IMG/VR virus record: IMGVR_UViG_3300042302_000394
Location: 124,001-188,000 of that record
DNA: 64,000 bases
Reading direction: 5' to 3' (one strand)
Part shown: piece by piece, positions 28,401 to 37,465 of the stretch
How the letters are laid out: each line of letters starts with the position of its first letter
Numbering within the stretch: position 1 is the first letter of the stretch
Translations under genes and position numbers: made by a program
Notes under the pieces: generated by a model
What the model saw: only the letters and a program-made list of their open reading frames with translations
Databases searched by the model: none
What the model was told of the DNA's origin: nothing

Positions 28401-28793
28401 ACAGAATGTGTCGTGCATCCACAATACTCGCATTTTAGCTTTACTGATAATCCTGTCGTATAGATTCATAGACATGAATGGTACACTGCGATTATCGTTT
28501 AATCTCGGATAATCTTTCGGATCAGTGAATGGAATAATTGTGCGACTGCTTATAACAATATCAAACTCGTGATTGTTAGCTAGATCTGTAAGTGGCCTAT
28601 AAGTTACTGTGTCGTACTTGCCAGGTACTGCATGATCAATGTTACAGTTATTGAACACTGTAACATCAAATCCAATTTGTGCGAGTTCCCTACTCATTAG
28701 GATAACAGCACTTTCGCTGCCTCCTAGTCCTTGTTTGAATACCGTAGTTCCGTCGTATGGGATGCCGATAATATCTATAATAGCTAGCTTCAT
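25425..28793 (-). CDS. multidomain glycosyltransferase (GT4 + GT2 + GT2-like) fused to FkbM-type methyltransferase
   Basis: GLGGSE and FPETYGISSMES (GT4); ILVDDAS, ILDGDD (GT2); LIAIPT, FSVDSD, SEDVDFC; YDIGAC, IKMDVQGAE (FkbM). Confidence 0.85.
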   Translation of the reverse strand: MKLAIIDIIGIPYDGTTVFKQGLGGSESAVILMSRELAQIGFDVTVFNNCNIDHAVPGKYDTVTYRPLTDLANNHEFDIVISSRTIIPFTDPKDYPRLNDNRSVPFMSMNLYDRIISKAKMRVLWMHDTFCLGDNLIEELAVADRITDIFTLSDFHLTYVTNCHHGRRRNFEVLKRKMFITRNGVRIYNREVDIKAKDKNLFVYNASVTKGMIPLVKMIWPHVKRHIPEAKLKVIGGYYRFSTNAEPDQQEKDWREMAADPQLAAQGIEFTGVIPQKEIADILTTANFMLYPAAFPETYGISSMESLCYNTPIITCRFGALEEIAVAGACYLIDYAIEPNGLFPDISVPTQVEQFVKTTVEAYRNPYLHQQKQYYCNIVKDIAGWDSVALQWKQHFYKKTGHYLSSSDYRAVSKINHRLHKIYNRKFHNTVELEDYKPGTEQPIVVVSTFYNCKNYIARCINSIATQDYDNYRCILVDDASTDNTLEALYTALSAYPAHIRAKFEVIENQNNVGAVKNQIDTFRSLQDPNAIVMILDGDDSLVNDNTVFSYYNNVYDGTTEFTYGSCWSMVDNIPLISQPYPEHVKNSKEYRNHHFNWILPYTHLRTFKQQLIDGLDDSLFQDDTGAWYKAGGDGSIFYALIENADPSKVKCLQDIVYNYNDVNPLNDYKVNAIEQNVAAKSIIKKMNPSKKKILIAIPTARNIEPETFKSIYDLIIPEGYEATFQYFYGYNIDQVRNLIADWVVKGFDYLFSVDSDISFPPNTLSKLLSHDKDVVSGLYIQRKPGLHILEIYEHNQNGGVSNMPYEKLKGRPLVEIAGCGFGCALVKAEVMCEIGYPQFKYYSAIDHRNTVSEDVDFCRKARDKGFKIWADPSVLCSHTGSFTFNVDNAITAAPDVTPFNIQDRLRELGSQRLIPRNHVDYLAKLKNEGFEPKVIYDIGACVLHWTNEAQRIWDRAKYVVFEAMDSSEFLYKERNLQYHMGVLSDQSGKEVDFYQNDVHPGGNSYYKENEEVNPETVNYFNETHRRRLKTVTLDAVRRLKNFPPPDMIKMDVQGAELDVLKGAVETLSTVKHVILELQVVEYNKGAPLKDDVIAYMDTQGFDCLGIFSNNGPDGDYHFVRR

Positions 28794-28800
28794 GCTATTA

Positions 28801-28828
28801 ATTATACAGTATATCTTAGTAGGGTCAA
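28801..28828 (-). promoter_or_regulatory. sigma70-type promoter TTGACC-16-TATAAT
   Basis: -10 ends 7 nt before the GT start codon. Confidence 0.6.
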
Positions 28829-28878
28829 TGATATTGATTTTTACTCATTGATCGGATAATGCTCGTGAAATTAATCTT

Positions 28879-29041
28879 TTAATAATCTAGGTAAGACTCT
28901 GTCAGTGCTGTAAAGTTAAGAAGTTTGGAAAGGACCTGCAGGTGCCGTGAAGTTAGCAGTGTAACGTGCTACACCATTGGTAATTCTGAAGTCACTAATG
29001 TATCCGTTCAAATAATCACCAGCCTGGCCTCCAAAGTTTTG
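28879..29041 (-). pseudogene. orphan alternative C-termini of the LamG fibre gene
   Basis: 28916-29008 encodes [30 protein letters not shown], matching the end of the 1526-aa protein; 28879-28917 encodes NFTALTESYLDY*. Confidence 0.75.
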
Positions 29042-29298
29042 AAACCCCAAAATTGCCAGAAGTTAAATTCAACAAAAACGGATACGAAATCCGTACAGAT
29101 ATCCTAGATATGGCAAAGGGACTAGTAAGCGAAGAATTTCATTCCAAATTTCAAGGTTGGGAAATGACTGCTACTCGTGACGAGAAGACTGGTCAGATCG
29201 TTACCAAAGTTGGTATGCCAGAGTTTCCAGGACTTGAAAAAGTTCTTGAGACAGCGGAAAAAATGTATAGTTTTGTCAATGCTGGTGCTAAGAAATAA
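29038..29298 (+). pseudogene. 5'-truncated second copy of gene X
   Basis: 69/80 aa identical to 24669-24938; lacks ATG/SD (only TTG at 29053); fused to the LamG remnant. Confidence 0.7.
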
Positions 29299-29350
29299 TT
29301 TTATAATAATAATATTAGGGCATAGCCCAAACATAATATAGTAAGTAATG

Positions 29351-29374
29351 AAAAAGGACCCGAAGGTCCTTTTT
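29351..29374. terminator. bidirectional intrinsic terminator
   Basis: AAAAAGGACC-CGAA-GGTCCTTTT. Confidence 0.85.
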
Positions 29375-29390
29375 CTATAGTATTTCGCTG

Positions 29391-32300
29391 TTACTGAGTC
29401 AGGGAAACACCTGTAGGTGGTGTAAAGTTAGCAGTGTAACGGGCAATACCTAGGGTGATTCTAAAGTCACTAATATAACCATTGACACTATGAGCAGCAC
29501 TAAAGCTACTGCCACCTATATATATAAGACCGGTAGCAGATGCAAAATTAGTTGAATTAGAAGTAGTGGAGCCAACTTGTGTTCCGTTAACAAATAATCT
29601 CAGTGATGTGCCTGATCTGGTAGCTGCTATATGAGTCCAAGTATTTGCTACTACTGCTGTGGTCGTCACATTTAATATAACCGCGTTTCTTGCGTCAAGC
29701 TTCAGTTGGGTGGTGCTCCAATCGTAACCAAATGACACTACCGATCCTCCATCGTCAGGTCGTAAAAACGAAGAAAATGTACTAGTGTTTGCCATGTTTA
29801 CCCAAAGTTCTATAGTAAAGTCGCCTGTACCAAAATTTATAGAGGCACCGCCTATATAAGTCAAACTATCCCCATTACCGTCAAACTTCACGCTTTCTGT
29901 GCCGGTGAATTTAACTACTGTGGTGTCAATTTTAGCATCACCCACAGTTTCATAATTGTTCATTCCCGAACTGTCATAGACACCAGCACCGGTTCCGTTG
30001 ATCAATAATACAGTGTTTCTAACTGCTGTTAATGGTGTGTTTTGTGGTACGAAATTTGAGGTGTAGAGTGCGGTACCTTTGACATATCTAAAATCGCTGA
30101 TGTAACCAGTAACACCTACTGGGTTAAAAGCAGTCCAATTGGTTGAATTAACGCCTAACCATAATCCGTTAGGTCCAGCTAAATCATATCGACTACTCAA
30201 TGGTTGTGCTGCACCAGGTGCGCTGACCGCTGTTCCTCCTACTCCATTTACATACACTTTAATAAAATTACTCGAACGAACTAGCGCAATGTGGTTCCAG
30301 CTATTAGTTGATAAAGTAGCCGACGACGGAAATAGCGCGGTATATTGTACAGAGCTCGTATTACTGCCGCCGCTGATAAAGATACTTGCGCTTTTGTTAG
30401 TAATCCAAATAACCCGCTCACTGTTATATGCTTCTTTGTAAGTGCCGTAGTTTGCTATTGTGTAATCTGCCAAACCGCTAGTTGAGTAAACCCATAACTC
30501 CATAGTGAAGTCTTGACCGGAAGCAAAATTCATTACGGATGTGGTATTGGTCTGAGCAGAACCAATCCAATCATTGGTACCATCAAAGCGTGAACTACCG
30601 CCAAACACTTGTGGTGTATAACGTTGTCTAGTAGTGTAAGCGACGTTGAATGGTGCGAATTGGGATGGTATCGTGTTACCAACCGCAGTTATTGCAAAAT
30701 TGTTTGTACTGTTATCTATGAAAGTATTAGATTGGCAAGTCAATAAACTTGTACCTGCGATAGCAGTTAGTGGTTCAGTAGGTACTGTTATCGTAGTAGA
30801 TGTAGCAGCGTAGGGAGCAGAACCAGTAGCACCATTATAAATCCTAACGTTACTAATATACCCCACATGGCCTCCGCCCCCAGCAATGATGCCAAAACCA
30901 ATATATAAAGCACTGGCACTGGTTTTTGCAGCAGTGTTCAATCCGTTGAAAGATGTTGCCCTAGTGCCATTGATGAACAAAGCCCAGTCTGCATTTGTTT
31001 TGACCAATGCCAAGTGATACCACTGACCTGCAACAGGAACGGTACTAGAAGGAAGAACGCCGATCCCCGAGCTGCCAGGTGCACCAGAAGCTCCCCAATT
31101 TATAGCAATTTGACTAGATGCATTTAAATATATTGCCCAGTTTGAAAAAGAGACAGTATCTAATCCGCCGTTGTCAATGATAGTTCGGTTGGCACTAACA
31201 GTAGCAAAGTTTACCCAAAGCTCGCAACTAAAAGAATCTGTGCTACCCGAAGTGATATTAAATGCAGCATTTGATGGTACAGTTAAATAATCCCCAGTAC
31301 CATCAAAGTAGTTGCTATAATAAGGTGTAGGTAATGAGGTTTCTGTAAAAGGACTGAACTTTTGCACACTGACATCACCCGCCTTGGTGACGGCAAAGTT
31401 GTTGGGGCTGGCATCGACGAGTCGATTGCGAGCACAGGTCAACAAACTTGTTCCAGCTATGGGTTGCAGTGGGGCGGTGCTTGGTGTAAAGTTAGCGGTA
31501 TAAAGTGCGGTGCCTTTGACTAACCTTAAATTACTAATATAACCGGTAACATATTCAGATGTTCCGTCTGAATATGCTCCAACAGTCACTTGGCTTGCAC
31601 CGTCGGTTAGTGCTCCTATTGTGCCGGTAGTTGCATCTAATACTCCGTTCACAAACAATCTAACAGTACTGCTGGATCGTGTAATTGCAACGTGATTCCA
31701 TTGGTTGATGACTACCGCAGTGGTAGTTCCTGTTACATTGGTAGCAGCCCCTGAAAATTGTAGTCGACCAGCAGCAACATATCTAAAGATCCATGCATTA
31801 CCGGTACCCCATTGTGCCAATATATTATTATTTCCTGAAGTAATAGAAGTTGGATACACCCAGCATTCAAAAGTAAAGTCATTAGTGCCCAATGTGAACG
31901 CAGCGTTGTCCGGAATACTTAAATAATCGCCAGTACCATCAAAGTAGTTGCTCCATCCACCACCGTAGGGACTGAATGTTCCTTGTGTAGTATTACCATT
32001 TCTTGTTATCAAGAAATTGTTAGTGCTGTTGTCAATGAACACATTGTTGTTGACTGGTTGATTGGTTTGGCAAGTCAATAAACTTGTACCTGCGATAGCA
32101 GTTAGTGGTTCAGTAGGTACAGTTAATGTAGTTTGTGTCGGATCGTAAACTGCTGTACCTATAACAACTCTAAAATTACTAATATAACCAAAAAACATCT
32201 GTGAAGCTGCACCGCCTATAGTTGCTGGTCCTGCTACATAATTTGTGCTGACTGTACCATTGACATTACGAACACCGTTAAAAAATATACTTGTTTGGTT

Positions 32301-33971
32301 TGCACCTGTTCCACTTCTTACAGCCACAATATGTAACCATCTATTTGTAACAAACGGACTTCCCGATGTTGCTATAGTATTGCCTACGCCGTATGTACCA
32401 ATATTTAAATTTCCACCGCTATCTGTTTGTAATTGTATACCTCCGTTTGTAGTGGTACCAAATATAATAGCGTTTGTTGGTATTGATGTAGGATAAGCCC
32501 AAAACTCTATAGTAAAGGCACTAGTTCCGAGCGTCATTGATTGTGCCGTTAAAAAGTCCCCAGTACCATCAAAGTAAGTACTGCCGTATCCACTATAACT
32601 AGTATTGGGTACAAACGGATCAAACCCTGATATAGCCAAATTTCCATTTACTGTTAGTGCAAAATTGTTTGTACTGTTATCAATAAATCTATTGCTCTGA
32701 CAAGTTAATAAAGTAGTACCTGCAATAGCAGTTAGTGGTACCGTAGGCGGTGTAAAGTTAGCTGTATAAACAGCAGAACCTTTGACTATTCTTACATTAG
32801 AAATATATCCGTTGAAGTCCCATCCACTGCCTGCATCTGGATTTCTACCAATGTAAAATGTACTTGCATTATCGGAGCCCGGGACAAGTGCGCCAGTAGC
32901 TGTTTGCGCTACACCGTTTAAGTACAGTATATTTGTTGTTCCGTCGTAACACATGGCAACATGATTCCACTGGTTCAAAGGAGCAGTATTGTTTGATAGT
33001 TGACTACTGCCAGTATTAAATAACCAAGTCACTTGTTGAGATGTGTTTACATCAAGTCGCCATCTTGCGGCGCCTGATGAAATTAATTGAACTTGTTTTG
33101 AGCTTGTTTGATAAAACCAACATTCAACAGTCCACGACCCGGAGCTTAGGTTAAATGCTACATTTCCCGGATTAGATATAAAATCACCAGTACCATCAAA
33201 GAAATTACTGTAATATCCAGGTGTATATGGACCGAAGTTATTTGGTCTAGTATCGCCAAATATAGATACTGGGAAGTTGTTTGTACTTGCATCGTCGACA
33301 AATACACTAGTTGCAGGGGAATTTGCACTAATCAATGTAGTGACATTTTTAAAGAAAGGGTCAGCGATCGTTATAGTAACAGTAAAGGCTCTGGGGCTTT
33401 CTTGTAATTCCACATCAATTGCTTCTATAGTAAAATTATAAAGTGTTTCAACACCCACTGCAACTAATCCAGTAATTAATCCACTGCTGGACAATGAAAC
33501 ACCGCTCGGTAAACTACTACCGGCTTGAACCGCATATGTTAGTGGTGAATCTCCGGTTGTTTCTAGTTGTATAGAGATGGCAGTATTTGCCGGTTGATCG
33601 GGCAATGTACTACCTGTTACCCAAGTAGGGTTTCCACTATAGGTTAACCCATTAACTCGTATTGCGACTCCACCATCGGGATTGACTACATACACTACAT
33701 ATGTACCCGCAACCTGTGCAGGAACCTGTACATTTAGGGTAGTACTATTTACAAATGTAACTGATGTTGCGTTTGCACTGCCTAAAATAACTTGACATCC
33801 TGAAACAAACTTAGTTCCTGTGAGTTTTATGTAACCACCGGATAGTAATACAGCGGTATCATCAATAATAGCATAACTGGCATCTGTTATTTGTACGTTG
33901 GTTAACGTAGGGCCGCCCAACGCGGCTAATGTTGCAGGTTGTATGTTGTCTTGACTAATTTGAGTAGGCAT
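29391..33971 (-). CDS. large fibre/adhesin with IPT/TIG, Ig-like and repeated LamG (ConA-like) domains
   Basis: Repeated YFDGTGDYL...FT.E.W...W.H.A...GYISN.R..KG.A.YT.NFT units. Confidence 0.85.
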   Translation of the reverse strand: MPTQISQDNIQPATLAALGGPTLTNVQITDASYAIIDDTAVLLSGGYIKLTGTKFVSGCQVILGSANATSVTFVNSTTLNVQVPAQVAGTYVVYVVNPDGGVAIRVNGLTYSGNPTWVTGSTLPDQPANTAISIQLETTGDSPLTYAVQAGSSLPSGVSLSSSGLITGLVAVGVETLYNFTIEAIDVELQESPRAFTVTITIADPFFKNVTTLISANSPATSVFVDDASTNNFPVSIFGDTRPNNFGPYTPGYYSNFFDGTGDFISNPGNVAFNLSSGSWTVECWFYQTSSKQVQLISSGAARWRLDVNTSQQVTWLFNTGSSQLSNNTAPLNQWNHVAMCYDGTTNILYLNGVAQTATGALVPGSDNASTFYIGRNPDAGSGWDFNGYISNVRIVKGSAVYTANFTPPTVPLTAIAGTTLLTCQSNRFIDNSTNNFALTVNGNLAISGFDPFVPNTSYSGYGSTYFDGTGDFLTAQSMTLGTSAFTIEFWAYPTSIPTNAIIFGTTTNGGIQLQTDSGGNLNIGTYGVGNTIATSGSPFVTNRWLHIVAVRSGTGANQTSIFFNGVRNVNGTVSTNYVAGPATIGGAASQMFFGYISNFRVVIGTAVYDPTQTTLTVPTEPLTAIAGTSLLTCQTNQPVNNNVFIDNSTNNFLITRNGNTTQGTFSPYGGGWSNYFDGTGDYLSIPDNAAFTLGTNDFTFECWVYPTSITSGNNNILAQWGTGNAWIFRYVAAGRLQFSGAATNVTGTTTAVVINQWNHVAITRSSSTVRLFVNGVLDATTGTIGALTDGASQVTVGAYSDGTSEYVTGYISNLRLVKGTALYTANFTPSTAPLQPIAGTSLLTCARNRLVDASPNNFAVTKAGDVSVQKFSPFTETSLPTPYYSNYFDGTGDYLTVPSNAAFNITSGSTDSFSCELWVNFATVSANRTIIDNGGLDTVSFSNWAIYLNASSQIAINWGASGAPGSSGIGVLPSSTVPVAGQWYHLALVKTNADWALFINGTRATSFNGLNTAAKTSASALYIGFGIIAGGGGHVGYISNVRIYNGATGSAPYAATSTTITVPTEPLTAIAGTSLLTCQSNTFIDNSTNNFAITAVGNTIPSQFAPFNVAYTTRQRYTPQVFGGSSRFDGTNDWIGSAQTNTTSVMNFASGQDFTMELWVYSTSGLADYTIANYGTYKEAYNSERVIWITNKSASIFISGGSNTSSVQYTALFPSSATLSTNSWNHIALVRSSNFIKVYVNGVGGTAVSAPGAAQPLSSRYDLAGPNGLWLGVNSTNWTAFNPVGVTGYISDFRYVKGTALYTSNFVPQNTPLTAVRNTVLLINGTGAGVYDSSGMNNYETVGDAKIDTTVVKFTGTESVKFDGNGDSLTYIGGASINFGTGDFTIELWVNMANTSTFSSFLRPDDGGSVVSFGYDWSTTQLKLDARNAVILNVTTTAVVANTWTHIAATRSGTSLRLFVNGTQVGSTTSNSTNFASATGLIYIGGSSFSAAHSVNGYISDFRITLGIARYTANFTPPTGVSLTQ

Positions 33972-33973
33972 AG

Positions 33974-34321
33974 TTATACTATTGTTATTCCATTCGGTTT
34001 TACTGCAACTTTTCCATTGTCAGTGGTTGTGACATAAACAATGTAATTTCCCACAGCTAGTGCAGGTACTTGAATATTTATTCTAACAGAGCTTACAAAT
34101 GTAACTGTGCTGGCCAGTGCTGTACCTATCACAACATTGATGTTACTTGAAAAATTAGATCCGTTGATGATTGCAAACCCACCTGTTGTGCCTATTGTGG
34201 TTCCGCCTGTTGCAATATAAGAACCATTAGCAACCTGCACGCTGGTAATTTTAGGGCCAGATATATATATAATATCCAATGTACTGGGCTGAATATTGTT
34301 CGATGATATTTGAGTAGTCAT
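33974..34321 (-). CDS. stand-alone IPT/TIG domain, paralog of the LamG protein N-terminus
   Basis: MTTQISSNNIQP vs MPTQISQDNIQP; VTFVSS..INIQVPA vs VTFVNS..LNVQVPA. Confidence 0.75.
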   Translation of the reverse strand: MTTQISSNNIQPSTLDIIYISGPKITSVQVANGSYIATGGTTIGTTGGFAIINGSNFSSNINVVIGTALASTVTFVSSVRINIQVPALAVGNYIVYVTTTDNGKVAVKPNGITIV

Positions 34322-34348
34322 TTATTTAAATTTTGATCAAATAACGTT

Positions 34349-34714
34349 TCAAGACAGCGTGAGTAGAATCCAAGATTGTGTATCTTCGTCCCATGTATAT
34401 GTTTCACCGTCAGTTGGATACGGTACTGGAGCAGTCCATTGGCTGGTATCTGTGTCAAGAACCCAACTTGGATAGGGACTGGGAGGTATAAATGCGTCTA
34501 ATTCTAGATCATATGTATGGCCCGTGCCCGCATAATTTTTTCTAAAATTAGCATTGTAACTGGTTTGAACCCAATTTCCACCCAATAACTGTGTACAAAA
34601 TTCTTGACCCAATTGTTCACTTTCATTACCGTTAGCATCCAATAAAACATCGTTGTTTACTACGATTACTTGAATTACTGAATTATTTTCATCTAGTTGG
34701 GCAAAATGTGCCAT
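34349..34714 (-). CDS. putative fibre-associated small protein
   Basis: MAHFAQLDENN...WVQTSYN...FRKNYAG...FIPPSPYPSW. Confidence 0.7.
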   Translation of the reverse strand: MAHFAQLDENNSVIQVIVVNNDVLLDANGNESEQLGQEFCTQLLGGNWVQTSYNANFRKNYAGTGHTYDLELDAFIPPSPYPSWVLDTDTSQWTAPVPYPTDGETYTWDEDTQSWILLTLS

Positions 34715-34731
34715 ATCTTTTCCTTTAATAT

Positions 34732-35670
34732 TTAAAATGTAATAGAGCCTGAGCCAATGAAGGAGTAGATTCTAAAACCGTTCAATAATGTAATAGTTGG
34801 ACCACCAGTAGTAGATGTGGCCGCCGGGTACGCACTTGAGTATCTAAGTACCACAACTCCGGACGAACCGGCGGTACCTGTCGAACCTGTGCCACCACCA
34901 CCACCGCCACCACCCGTGTTTGCATCGCCAGCAACTGGTCTATTACCTGCGGCGGTTGGAGCGCCTTGGCCACCTGGTGAATAAGTTACAGCAGAGCCCC
35001 TAATACCATTAGATAACCCTGCACCTCCGGCGGCCAGCACTATACCAGCACCGTTTGCGCCCACGCCGCCAGCTCCACCACCACCTGCGCCGCCGCCGCC
35101 GCTGGTGCCAGTTTCTGCTGTAGATCCACCGTTTCTACCGTAAACTCCGCCTGCACCAGCAGCGCCACTGGAGTTGGCGCCACCGCCTCCAGACCCATTT
35201 CCGGAACTATTTCCGGCACGAGTTGCAGCATAACTAGAGCCAGTACCACCGGCAGTTCCACCAAAACCTCCTCCATTGGCTGTGACAGAATACGCAACTG
35301 CTCCTGCTGTTGTAATACTGCTATTACCTCCGTTGGTTTGAGTTCTACTGGCCACGCCTCCAATTGTGCCGCCGCCGCCTACTGTGATGATATAGGTTTG
35401 GCCAATCTCAAAATTCTGAGAAGACAATGTTAAGTATGCGCCGCCGCCGCCACCTCCGCCGCCACGTGCATTATTTGCTCCGGCACCGCCCGCTCCACCC
35501 CCTCCGACTATAAGTATATCATCAACAGGTATACGAAACAGCGGCGGCCAGGTATTAGTTTGTCTAGCCTGCATTTGCTGAGTAACATTAAAAACTCCAT
35601 TTATCGCCGCTACTGCGCTAATAGTTGGGGGTGTAGCCGATATTATTCCGCCAAGGTACCGTTTTACCAT
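34732..35670 (-). CDS. glycine-rich fibre/tip protein
   Basis: ILIVGGGGAGG...GSSGVVVLRY...RIYSFIGSGSITF; paralog of 36551-37465. Confidence 0.75.
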   Translation of the reverse strand: MVKRYLGGIISATPPTISAVAAINGVFNVTQQMQARQTNTWPPLFRIPVDDILIVGGGGAGGAGANNARGGGGGGGGAYLTLSSQNFEIGQTYIITVGGGGTIGGVASRTQTNGGNSSITTAGAVAYSVTANGGGFGGTAGGTGSSYAATRAGNSSGNGSGGGGANSSGAAGAGGVYGRNGGSTAETGTSGGGGAGGGGAGGVGANGAGIVLAAGGAGLSNGIRGSAVTYSPGGQGAPTAAGNRPVAGDANTGGGGGGGGTGSTGTAGSSGVVVLRYSSAYPAATSTTGGPTITLLNGFRIYSFIGSGSITF

Positions 35671-35671
35671 G

Positions 35672-36043
35672 TTAACTTATATCCTCATAACTACAAGTAA
35701 CTATCAATGAATTTCCTGTCGCCGCCGCAGCGCCTAGACTATTGTTTTCTTCTAAATAGTACTGACTAGTTTTGTCAATAACGTTCAATGTTGCTCCCGC
35801 CGGCACCGCTGCATTACTTATAATTGCAAACGCAGCACCTCCTATGCTTGCAGTATTATACCAACTTACAGTTACATTGGTTGCTGTGGCTCCATAATTT
35901 GCCACGTTCAATGTGTTGACTTTCAAACATTTTCCACTATCTGATGGATTATTCAACACTGTAGTAGTTGATGTTGTGGTAAGACTAGTTCCGGTGGTCT
36001 TACCTGTAATTGTTGTTGCGCCGATTAAGTTTGGTGCTGTCAT
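35672..36043 (-). CDS. small adaptor-like virion protein
   Basis: MTAPNL...CSYEDIS; start moved to 36043 after GGAGG. Confidence 0.7.
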   Translation of the reverse strand: MTAPNLIGATTITGKTTGTSLTTTSTTTVLNNPSDSGKCLKVNTLNVANYGATATNVTVSWYNTASIGGAAFAIISNAAVPAGATLNVIDKTSQYYLEENNSLGAAAATGNSLIVTCSYEDIS

Positions 36044-36044
36044 A

Positions 36045-36506
36045 TTATCCTCCAAAGACTAAATTGTATCCTGCTATTGCTGCGTTGCTAGTTCCGCCGG
36101 ATCCACCAGAGCCACCAGAGCCACTAATGATTATTTCTCTTATCTGTATGGCCATATTTGTTGTAGGTGCTGTGACAAATATTAAGTTTGTGCCACTAAC
36201 AGTATAATCAGTTGTGGGAAACTGCATAATACCGTTTTCAAATACAAACACACTGTTTACAGTCAATCCGTTCGTAATGGTAAAGGTTGTATTACTACCA
36301 TTACCTGTGTAATTTCTAGTTACAAAATTTATTGATGCGCTGCTGCCTTGACTACCTGTATATCCAATATCACCCTTTGAACCAGTATATCCCAATTCTC
36401 CCTGGGGTGGAACAACTTCCCAGCCCTCGCCATTAAACTTCCATGTTCTAGTTCCTAGAGTATAGAGAGCGTCGAGGGCCGGTGATGATGGAAAATTTAA
36501 TGACAT
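36045..36506 (-). CDS. short collagen-containing fibre protein
   Basis: [16 protein letters not shown]; YTGNGSNTTF beta-repeat. Confidence 0.7.
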   Translation of the reverse strand: MSLNFPSSPALDALYTLGTRTWKFNGEGWEVVPPQGELGYTGSKGDIGYTGSQGSSASINFVTRNYTGNGSNTTFTITNGLTVNSVFVFENGIMQFPTTDYTVSGTNLIFVTAPTTNMAIQIREIIISGSGGSGGSGGTSNAAIAGYNLVFGG

Positions 36507-36550
36507 AATATTGTATACTTATCTGTTGTTTGATAACTGATTGTTACTTT

Positions 36551-37465
36551 TTAGAATGTTATGCTACCGGACCCGGTGAAGGTATAGATTCTAAATCCAC
36601 CAACTGTGGTAATTGTAGGGCTTCCTGTTGTGGCTGATGCTGCATTGAATCTGTCTGGATAGCGAATGATGACAATGCCAGATCCACCACCACCGCCAGC
36701 ACTGGTAGTGTTGCCGGCGCCACCGCCGCCACCACCTGTATTAGAAGTTCCCGGGGCAAACCCGCCGCTAGCTCTACCACCTTGGCCACCACCGCCAGCG
36801 CCTCCTGCAGGAAAAAAGCCAGCCGTTCCAGCAAAATGTCCGCCGCCTCCGCCGCCTGCATAGGTTACGGCATTTCCTGAAATAGCCGATGATGTTCCTG
36901 CGCCGCCAGCGCCGCCGCCAGTAGTATTGCCGGCAAATCCAGTACCACCTGCTCCACCACCACCACCAGCTGAAAACTGTGGGCTACCGGGACCTCCTTG
37001 TCCACCATTACTACCTTGAGACGGAGTTGTAGACGGGGTATTACCGTCGCCGGCAGCTCCACTAGTATAGGAGCCACCTCCTCCTGAACCACCCGCAGCA
37101 CCTGCTCCGGCATTGCTAACACCACCTCTACCTCCACCGGTAGAAGTTATAGAAGAAAACACAGAGTTCACTCCGCTTGCAGCAGTAGTGCCGCCACTAC
37201 CTCCTGCACCTACTGTTATTGTATAACTTACTTGACTTGCAATACTTAAAGTTCCGGTTCTAAATCCTCCTGCGCCACCACCACCATAATTGCTGCCGCC
37301 GCCGCCGCCAGCAACAACTAGATATTCAACTTCAGATACGATAAACCCCGGTGGCCATCTATTAAAGTTTTGCTGTTGTTCACTAATAGACCATATACCT
37401 GAAGATCCTAGCAGAGGATCTGGTGTATTCAACGAACCTATAAGGCCGCCATTATTCCTGCCCAT
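36551..37465 (-). CDS. glycine-rich fibre/tip protein
   Basis: EYLVVAGGGGG...GGSGIVIIRY...RIYTFTGSGSITF. Confidence 0.75.
   Translation of the reverse strand: MGRNNGGLIGSLNTPDPLLGSSGIWSISEQQQNFNRWPPGFIVSEVEYLVVAGGGGGSNYGGGGAGGFRTGTLSIASQVSYTITVGAGGSGGTTAASGVNSVFSSITSTGGGRGGVSNAGAGAAGGSGGGGSYTSGAAGDGNTPSTTPSQGSNGGQGGPGSPQFSAGGGGGAGGTGFAGNTTGGGAGGAGTSSAISGNAVTYAGGGGGGHFAGTAGFFPAGGAGGGGQGGRASGGFAPGTSNTGGGGGGAGNTTSAGGGGGSGIVIIRYPDRFNAASATTGSPTITTVGGFRIYTFTGSGSITF

Larger units (their letters stand above)
29038..29374 (+). repeat. direct repeat copy 2
   Basis: Shares coding sequence, GGGCATAGCCC hairpin and terminator with copy 1. Confidence 0.85.

Noticed and set aside
28916-29500. Diversity-generating retroelement TR/VR pair at the LamG C-terminus
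   Set aside because: Differences are mostly synonymous third-position changes involving all bases, not adenine-specific, and there is no reverse transcriptase in the window
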